From Octopus vulgaris (lineage: Eukaryota), in contig OX597825.1 in assembly GCA_951406725.2 (NCBI GenBank), positions 2,666,001 through 2,730,000 on the forward strand: a stretch of DNA of 64,000 nt, written 5' to 3'. The translations under genes and the position numbers were made by a program. The notes below the pieces were generated by a model. The model was given only the letters and a program-made list of their open reading frames with translations, ran no database searches and was not told the DNA's origin. Shown here piece by piece: positions 54,846-64,000 of the stretch; the stretch's first letter is position 1, and each line of letters opens with the position of its first letter.

Positions 54846-55543
54846 AGTTCTGTCCTATTTAAATATGCATAAAAAAATATATAGATCCTGTATGTTTAAT
54901 CCGCTAAAATATGATGGATTTGCTTCATATCTATTTACAAATGTGTTCATTACTTCACATTTTTGCCACCTTCTTTTTCATCAATATTTCCCCGATGATG
55001 GCGAAGTGCATGCTTACATTAATGTCGTATTCTTATCTGTAATTCATGAAAGGATTGAGGAGATGTTAGATGTATTGCCAATTGTGTCTTTTCGTTTTGA
55101 CATAAATAATTTTAATGCGTTTTTTAATGAGCTCAGCATAAAATACGACAACACTAATTTCACAAAGCATCAATGAATCCCGTTCGTCTTAAAGAACAAA
55201 CAATTCTTCAAGGAAAATATATTGTTTAAATTCTTTAGGCTTGATTTTTATTCTTCTTTTGTTTCTACATTATTATTAATGAAGGAGACCCTAAGTCGTC
55301 ACTTGTCATGACAAACATAGCTGCTGCGGCCTTTTCAAATGACACAACAGTTTTCTCAATAAAAAGTGGTAATTCACATTGCAGAATGCTATTCGAGATC
55401 CAGTATGGTTGAAATTTTTATAAGGTCCTAATAGGAGAAATACCGTTCCGCATTGTCTTAGAGTTCGTAGCGTAGAATTCTGAATACAAAGCTTCAATGG
55501 TAGCCTACAGTGGCGCTGTTGCCGCTGCAAAATGTTACGTATA
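54805..55543 (+). pseudogene. IL-17-like pseudogene with an open 123-aa N-terminus
   Basis: Signal VCAVVVLVFLL..RSC; FCFY..GDPK..IAAA; GNSHCR; EYK; CCRC. Confidence 0.5.
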
Positions 55544-55719
55544 ACTTATCACAGTATTGTAATAGTACCACCTGGCCATTTGAATAATTTAAAGGTGTCA
55601 TTTCCGTTTTAAACATTGGAGCCAAAGTTGGAATTTCACAGCCGATTATTACTGAAGGTCAAGGAAATTAAATGTTTTGTACTTCCACTTCTAAGACATC
55701 TAATAAAATGTATATTTGT

Positions 55720-56240
55720 GAATGTCCGTTCTTCCTTTAAATATTATTGCATACCTCATCAATTCTGGCTTAGTTATTAGCATGCTACATCAGTTGAAAC
55801 TTACACCCAAGTCACCTCTATCTTCTGATCAAAAGCGTGCTTCATCTGAGACCATCTGTGCCTTTTCATTCCCTAGGCTACTCAGTACTGCATTGTCTAA
55901 AGGTTCCTTGCTTTTTCAACATAGACGAGTATAAGTTGAAATGCTCAGTTTGTTTGTATTATTAATTTCTAGGAAATTTATAGATCTGTGTCTGCCATGC
56001 TTTACAACGTGTTTGATACAGACTACATTCTTTATTTCATACATCTGGAATAAGATGGTGAGAAACATTTGTTGGGTACGGAAGCTGTGAAAAATGCGAT
56101 GGAAGAATCAACATTTTGAAATAAATTAGATTAAAATCATCAGAGATTTTGCATGTTCTGAAAACGAGAACATGTGATGTATGTCGACAGATAACATGTC
56201 AAATAGGGCATTAAAATGCGGTATGTTAATGTTATAAAGT
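55720..56240 (+). pseudogene. IL-17-like pseudogene
   Basis: LKCS; YRSVSA.LYNVFDTD; GSCEK; LHVLKTRTCD. Confidence 0.5.
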
Positions 56241-56724
56241 TGGCTAAATTACTAGAAAGCAATAACATTAATTAGACATTTAAACACTGCTTTATGGCTA
56301 CACGTACGGTATATTTCACGGTGAAAATGTCCGATTGCCTTCGATACAATACAGTTTAAAAACAACAGTCTTACAAGGATACCAATGACAACTGCTCCCG
56401 TAAATATTTATGCAAATTATCGCCTTAGCAATGAATTGTGAAATCGGAGAGAAGAAAAATTGAGAATAAGAGCATGCAAATATGTACAGACATACAGACA
56501 CAAAAATAGAAATGTATCTGTGTATATCCACAGATAAATTTCTATACGTATATATGTATATATCCATACATATATATATGTATATATATATATAAATTGC
56601 AGCGTGGAAGGTGTTTGTAAGCTATTTAAGAAACACACAAAAGCCGTTCGAGTCACTTCAACATTTAAGTTTAATTTGTCAAAATATTTTCGTCGCTAAA
56701 ATCTGTGCTGCACATATATAGATT

Positions 56725-58165
56725 ATATATACTAAATAGACGACTTATTTTCCTGTCACCAATTTTATATCCATTCGCTATTCTGTTAAGTTGATGTCTA
56801 AAGGGTATTAGAGCTATACAGGAAATTAAGGGTGAAATTGTTCACCTTGGAAAATGCCGCAGTTGATATTAATATTTTCTGTGGCCAGTACTCCATTTGA
56901 GAGGTATAATTGGAGATTCGTATTCCACATTAACACGTTATGTGATTCAGGAAGTTTGAAATCAGAGGAAAAATTTTGAAGTTATTCAGTGATTTCAAGA
57001 TCCATGAATGCGGTAGGCTGTTGGAGGTCTTTATATAATCAAGCCCTGCAGAACTGAGATTTCTCTGTTTGTTATTGCAGTTCTTAAGGATCATGCGATT
57101 GATTAAGATTTGGTCTTTGCATTCATATCAGCCTCGGCGGCACCTAGTTTGTTGAGTGGGGAAAATATCGTTCTGTTTCATAAATTTCTGTTTTCTCTAC
57201 GTCGATGGATATTAATTTTTTTTTTACATGGTAGATAAACATGCTGTGGTCCGGTAGTTTCAGATATATTTGGTTTCATTATTCTTCAGGAGTAGGTAAG
57301 TAATACCTCTCGGTAACCAATCGGGTGTTTTCGTAGTATCTCTCATAATTTCATTGAATAAGTGGACTAACTTTTCGTGTGCAAACGGGAGCGAAGCGAG
57401 CAAGAAATTTGGCACCCTATCAATACCAGAATATTTCCACTTACGATACTTCGTGAATGACATCCTTAGGTCTGCTATTGTAACGTCTTCCCAGGCTCAT
57501 TCTGGTAAGTGTTGGTAGGAACCTTCTGTGCGTCTTATCCACTATGCATTTCCATTTTATGTCTTTTCATCACTCCAGAAAGTTTTCCAGAAAGTTTTCC
57601 AGAAATGTTTCCATGGCAAGTGGTGGTGGTGATGGGTGTCGGTATTCAACGGTTATTTCTTTCCCTCTCTGTTTCTCTGTAGAATGTTTTCGCATTGGAT
57701 GTGAATAGCTTAGTTTGCTTGTAAAATTTGTTTATCTTCTCAAATTTTCGTATTCGTTAAGCTTTTGATTGGACATTTTGTTGCAGGTTTTCTTTTGCTA
57801 AAACCGGTTCTCCTCTTGGAGAGGATCTATATATTCCCTACATCTTTCTTCCTTTTCTCGTTCTTACATCGTTTCCACACATTAGTTTATTCAATATTGA
57901 TATTTCATCTCTCATTATTTCACTCTCCTTTTAAATTTTACTTTTCCAGTTTTGAATTCTTCTCAGGTTTGTATTTCTTTGTTTTTTCAGATGCATACAA
58001 CTACTTTCAATTGTCTTAGCAGCTGCATAAATAATGTCATTTAATTCAGTGAGATCTGGTTTTAGTTCTTGTATAATTTTCTTTGTTACATAGCTTCCAA
58101 TTTTAATTTGTTTTCTATTTTGGATTGTATTTGAGAGCTTATGAAGTGGTTCTCTATCTTGCACA
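56725..58165 (-). mobile_element. Non-LTR retrotransposon RT relic (R4/Dong-like)
   Basis: WKYSGIDRVPNF..PDWLPRGITYLL..NYR..CLSTM; CRRG..CKDQILIN; INCGIFQG; many stops. Confidence 0.8.
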
Positions 58166-58899
58166 TTGGCGTCTTAAAACTGCAGGCTTATTCAGCTTTT
58201 ATCTAATTAAATTAGTGAATGTTGCATACAATGGCGGGAAAAACGGAGAATGTAACGTCATATCCTACCAGGTGCCGTCTGAATTATGCGCGAAATTATT
58301 CTCCTGTGCAATTCGCTCTTAGAAAAAAGAAACAAACAAACATTTAGTTAATGTTTCTCTGTTGAAAGTCTGTAATTAATCACATCACGCTAATTAGTGT
58401 TTACAGAATGCGATGTGTAAGACAATTTTCTCTTTGAATAAAAAATAGGATGGCCACTGCTGGAATATATGTTTTGAACATTCTGTTTGAAATCAGTGAT
58501 AATTGACTTCAGAACAAAACCAACTAAAGAAAAAAGAAGCAAATACCACACTTCTACGGCAAAATCTACAACTCGTGAACCTAACTATATATTCTGAATT
58601 AAATACTCATTTGAGTATTTAAAGCTATTTCAATGAGAATATTCAATAAAAGTTTTAAATGCCGAAGAGCTACCATAAAAAGCATATTTCTACGCAATGT
58701 GCCTGCAAAATATTATAACTCGAAATTTGTGCATTGAAGAATCATCTTTTATATAAATACTTCACAATATTTAAAGTTTATAACAGAAGTTTTCGATAAC
58801 TTCCTATATATATGTTGTCAACATATTTCTAACTTATTAAAAGATATACAGCATCTAAGCTGATGCAAAACTTTGCCAAACATTTGTAATTTTTGATTA

Positions 58900-59290
58900 T
58901 TCTTAATAACCATATAATTTATTATCACTTAAATGCAGTACATTAGTAAGTAGTTATAAAAGTATAATACAGCCAAGTCATGCTCAGATTCGGAAAGAGA
59001 ACTGATAACTTTAAGCAACTGAAAAGATTTTCCTCTATCAAGCACTAAGTATTATCATTACTAGAATATAAATAAATGTTAGGAAATGTATCGAAATATT
59101 GCTTTTAACCCGCAATCCGGATCTGGCAGAATTCGAGATCCAAAGTGAATTAGCAGCTGTCAGACCAATCAATAAATGTTGACATTTAAACGCGTTTCAT
59201 TCGAGAAAATTCAAATGAAAGTACTTGAAATATGTATATCGGCAAAGTGTTACCGAAACGACGGTGAAAACTTCATCTCATATACGAACC
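58900..59290 (+). pseudogene. IL-17-like relic
   Basis: AKSCS..LSN*; SSCQ..FKR; YVYRQ..TTV. Confidence 0.35.
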
Positions 59291-59641
59291 AATGTTCGTA
59301 ATCAGTCGTAGGACACTTACTGATGTTAAAACATCTTTATATTGATATGAATATAGTTTCGAATTTTTACATTTTCTAATGTATTTCTGTTAAGATTTAA
59401 TATACAACTATGTAGTACTATTTTCTGCCTTTTAACACTACTGCGAGAAAATCTGTTACTAAATTCGATAGTTTTCGCAATTAATTAGAACAGGGTCACT
59501 TTCACAACAACGTGTTTTCAGTCATTGAATATGTCTTGAACATCTCCCCTTCCGCCACTGGTTGCGTTTACTTTCCAACCCTAAATAAATTTAAAAACTG
59601 ATTCAAACGTGTATGTCTTCGCGTACACTGCTTCATACACG

Positions 59642-59732
<91 letters not shown>

Positions 59733-59949
59733 ATGTCTGTCTGTCTGTCTCTGTGTCTGTCTATATGTATGTATTTATACCAGGTATCGTTCTTATATTT
59801 ACAATATATTGGTCAATGCAAATTGCATCGTAGAAGATACATAAAGTGGGTCGTGGTTACGAATCGAACGTCACGTGTCCACAATCATGTTTGCGTTTAT
59901 ATTACGGCGTTTATATTACAGCTTCTTTTTTTGACATGTTAAAGTATCA

Positions 59950-60400
59950 ATTAATGGATATTTGATTCCAAGACTTCTGCCGGAATACCAGCTGTATAGA
60001 ATCTCTGTTAATAACAGAATATTCGTGCTGATATTTTCTAGATAAGTAAAAGATGATCACGTTTTGTGAACATTATTTTAATCTCCATTTAATTCCACGC
60101 TCAGTGGAAGTCAGTAACCTTTTTCTATGGCAAAACCTCGGTTCACATAAACATCATGAAATTAGAATATATGTTTTATTAATGAATGTTATTTTGCAGT
60201 CGAACCTTAAGTAATTGTGTAGACATGCACCAGCTGTGCATCAAATGCTATGCACATCGCAATGAACACCTAATCTTAATAACATATAGCATTAAAGCTC
60301 TTGATTATCATTTAAAATGAGGTTTCACCGTACATAAAATGAATAAAGAGACGCTCGAATTATAAGACAGGATTTGTGGGCCTTAATCTTAGCTCCAGAA
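59950..60400 (+). pseudogene. IL-17-like relic (weak)
   Basis: DFCR; SVNNR/SC*YF; LIPRS; TCTSC; NYKTGF. Confidence 0.3.
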
Positions 60401-60639
60401 AATTCTTAGAATTTTAACACAAAGCCGAATACATACAATGTATGTATTCATGTAATAATATGTGTATATACTTGTAAGCGCGGGCACACACACACACACA
60501 CAAACACACAAACACACACACTCACAGACAAACACACATTCACACACACACACACACACATACCAGAACATATGAAAACTTCTGTACACATATACAGATG
60601 AATAGACATACAATCACGCGTTAATTTCTGGCTGTATGT

Positions 60640-61200
60640 AAGTATGTCGTTCTCTGGCCTGCAATATTGTATTCTGTGGGTATATGGCTCATTCTTTTCT
60701 TTGTTTAATATAATGTCATGTATATTAGTAAATCTCAGAAGAAACGGCTGTGCTTTTTTTCTCTCTGTCCTTGGAAAGAAACCATAAATTTACACATGGC
60801 CCTATACAATCTTTCACAGCTAAAAAATAATCATAGGCACGGTAGGCGTTTTCGCCATCGCCTTTAAAATGTGACCCACAAGTGTGGATACATAGGCGAA
60901 AATACGTATCTTCAGTAATAGTCACCTCCATTTATGAATAACCTTTTCAGCATAGATTTGATTATAGTTCATAGAAATTTCGATGGACTTGGCGAGATTC
61001 GCCCCAACTCCACATTTCAATCAATATGAGCATATTTAACCATGATGTGTTCCTCCAGTTGATTCATATCTGTGATTTTAGTTGAGTACAATTTCTTCAA
61101 CATCCGCCAGAAAAAGACGTTATGGACACTAATTCCCAATGAGCAGGATGTCCATTCTACAAGAATATCTTTGATGCATCTTATATAGCCAAATGTCATC
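60640..61200 (-). mobile_element. Tc1/mariner transposase relics
   Basis: VEWTSCS..FFWRMLKKLYSTKITD..L (cf. WPPRSPDL..FFWG.LK); LCI..GSHF. Confidence 0.6.
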
Positions 61201-61699
61201 TTCTTTCTATATTGCTATGCACTTTGTCTTTTATATTAATTTAGAAAATTAATGTAAAAGTTTAGAGTAGTTTGCTTTATTTTCGTATTCGCTCCTTTGA
61301 GAAACATGTGAAAAACCATTCTTGCACAAACGGTGTAGATACATTATGAGAGAAATATTAATCATTCCATCTACATACATAGAAACATTAAACGCACACA
61401 CATACATATACATGCATGCAGACATACATACATAAATACAGACATATACGCACACACACATATCCGTGCACATATGCGAACACATGCCCACACACTCAAA
61501 CACCCACACATGTATAGTATCAAAAGGGGAGGAGCAAAATTTCGATTATCCCCACGTGGTGTGTTGTAATGCAACATAAAATATGAAATAAAAGAAGGAA
61601 AATGCACTCAGTTTACATAGTTTGAATATAGTTTTTTAAACATATTTTATGAGTGAAAGAGTATTGTTTGTCGACCGGTTTTGCTCTCGTTCACCATGA

Positions 61700-62110
61700 C
61701 ATTTTAAAATCTTAAGAAAGATTTTAGTCAATACTGTGTGTGGAGAAGTTTGTGGATTCATGATTCAACAAGTAGAAATTATCTAAGGCAGGTAATTTGT
61801 GATCGTTATTATTGGGGACAGGGAAGGTATTTGCTCATCTTTCGGGGAGGACATAGATATATATATACCAAAACTCAAGTGCTAATGTAGTAAGATGGTA
61901 TATGCACAGTGAGGGGTATGTTATCATGAATTAAAATATATACCGACAACAAAGCTGTTTTTGCGTTAAAATTGAGACGGGTTCTACGGTTTTCGATGAA
62001 CAACTATTCTTTATTTAAACGTTCTGGTACAGAAATTGCTTCTTTGCACTGGTAGATGGACAAAATTGTGATATTTGGTTGGATATTACCTACACATCTC
62101 TCTATGTGTT
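61700..62110 (+). pseudogene. IL17: IL-17-like pseudogene
   Basis: IIGDREGIC (61808); RWY; HELKYIPTT..LR*N*DG (61925); ILYLNVL; VDG..IWLDI. Confidence 0.65.
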
Positions 62111-62269
62111 TACTCAAAGGAATATGTATGTATTGTGGGATATATATAGTGTGGTTATCCGTCACAGTATCATACTTGTATGTCGTATATAGATATGTCC
62201 ACCGCCTGAAGCGGTTATAACATAAATTACAAAGCTCAAATTACAAAGTGAAGTTGGTTTTAATTGTGA

Positions 62270-62660
62270 TCCTCTCTCTGCCTTGCACAAGTGAAGTCGG
62301 TCTTAATTGTGCACTTTTCTCCTTGCTGGAATAGGAATTGTCAGCCTTCCAGTGAGTAGAGGCATGTTCCATTTTTGAACCGTTGGTTTTGTGGTTGTTG
62401 TGTAAAGCTTCGCATTTGTTAGACGTCTATTCAGCAATTTGTGATGCTTTTTGTTCACTTGTGTTCATAGGTAGATTGTGTACAATAGTGCTGTATGCCT
62501 CATTGTTTTCTAGGGGTTGTGAGGTGATATATACGCTAGTGTTTGAGTTCAAGTTGAAGCCGAAGATGATACTGAAACGATGGTTTTGATAACAAATGCG
62601 TCTACACACACTTTGTCGTCCGTATCAGTCTTTCAATATATACTCTATGTGCACCTTGAA
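62270..62660 (+). pseudogene. IL17: IL-17-like pseudogene
   Basis: NRNCQP..PFLNRWFCG; DAFC..LC; GCEVIY; DG..VY..LCAP*. Confidence 0.6.
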
Positions 62661-62970
62661 ATTCCGGACGTACATGCAACACGAACGCACGGCATCGTGG
62701 ATGACGCCTGGTAGCCATATGTTGTAAACGCCCTTCATGTATAATACGCACTACATCTTTTCTATCATGATTACGTCGTAATGAATCCGCTGTTTATATT
62801 TCTCCTACTTTCTGTAAAGAAAGGTTTGGTCTGAAATTCAGTCCGGTTTTCTCTTTTGTATAATGTGTACAAACTTTCATCGTATGTTAAGGGAAAAATG
62901 AATTAGTTTAAGATTAATTTGCACGCACCCCTATGGAGATATTCTCACGGCTTTGTTAACTCGAGAAAAT
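62661..62970 (+). pseudogene. IL-17-like relic
   Basis: SGRTCN; AW*PYVVN; FC..FSPVF; VC*G. Confidence 0.4.
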
Positions 62971-63159
62971 AAAGTCAACCCAGTATGATGTAACTAGATG
63001 ACATTTTCAGAATAACCACGACTTCTTAAATTTACTTTTACATATATTTTGATCTTGCGTTCAAAAACGCTTTCTTATCCTATTTAAACTGCCATATGAC
63101 CGTACACACATGCTGAACGAGGCTAAGAGTGTATATTATATATATGCGTTCTGCATACA

Positions 63160-63700
63160 CCTCCAAACACCTTCTCGTAACTGGTTCATTAAGACATAGC
63201 GGCGTATCTATAATTATACTCATATCAACATGAACGGTCATAACACTTAACCTGTCAAAACACAGCCAAACCTAATGCTTATAACTGATGACATATATAC
63301 CTACAGCAGTAAGCAGTTATAGTTGGTGACAACCAGACATGTAGAGCGGTTATTATATATATATTAAAGTCAGCCGCCACATCAAAGTGGCTGTTGAATG
63401 TTGCTACTATTTTAACCCTAGGCAGATTCTCTGCAAGCTGGTTATCGCTGCGGCACTTTGCACGGATGCATGTATCTCACCATAATGTATGTCGGTATTT
63501 CATTGACTTTCGCACTGTTGTCACAAACTTATTTTCTTATATATCCCTTATCAAATGTGTCGTTCGCAATTTCAGGCGAAAAACTACAATTTCAATGCTA
63601 TTATTAGCTATGTAAAGTGACGTCATACCACAAAGTACCGTTCCTTCATGGTTATCGTCAATTTGCGATAGCTGTAATGGTTTAATACGATTTCCGTTTG
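63160..63700 (+). pseudogene. IL17: IL-17-like pseudogene
   Basis: IVGDNQTC (63319)..TSKW; FNPRQILCKLVIAAALCTDACI; SHC..YIP..C; SWL..DSCNG. Confidence 0.65.
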
Positions 63701-64000
63701 ATTCAGGAAACGTCCAGAAATTTTTGAATGTGTGTATATCTGTTGAATATAACACAATGCGTATTTTCACAGAAAATTTATAATATAAAATGAAAGGGAA
63801 TTTATCGACATTTTCATCAAATTCATGCGTATTATTTTAAGTGGGTACTCTTAGAATCGAAGAACATGGTATTTCTGAAAGATAGAAAATGTAAGGGTGA
63901 CTGCATCAGCTAGCGCTGCATTACCCTCAGTTTGTCTACGTATTCCATAGTATCATATACAAATTTATTTAATTTCTAATTACCATAGTATGTGATTGTT

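Overview
AT-rich, microsatellite-dense eukaryotic DNA, most likely Octopus (coleoid cephalopod), inferred from its SINE/MITE families and repeat style. I found no intact protein-coding gene; most ORFs in the track are simple-repeat artefacts. Manual translation of the non-repeat DNA shows that most of it consists of decayed, head-to-tail, + strand copies of an interleukin-17-like (cystine-knot cytokine) gene. There are about 60 candidate units in 64 kb, of which about 20 are convincing and the rest weak. They keep pieces of the molluscan IL-17 motif order: signal peptide, I-x-G-x-R-x-CP, RSxCPWxY, DxNRxP, AxC/C, CExVY, VLRR-x-C, NGxYxY-x-W, VxCxC. Several also keep an ATG mini-exon plus a 45-100 nt intron. 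All carry stops or frameshifts. The array is interrupted by SINEs, Tc1/mariner and Chapaev-like relics, RTE and R4/Dong-like LINE fragments, Penelope-like fragments with hammerhead ribozyme motifs, long hairpins and microsatellites. All homology calls are by eye and relic boundaries are approximate.
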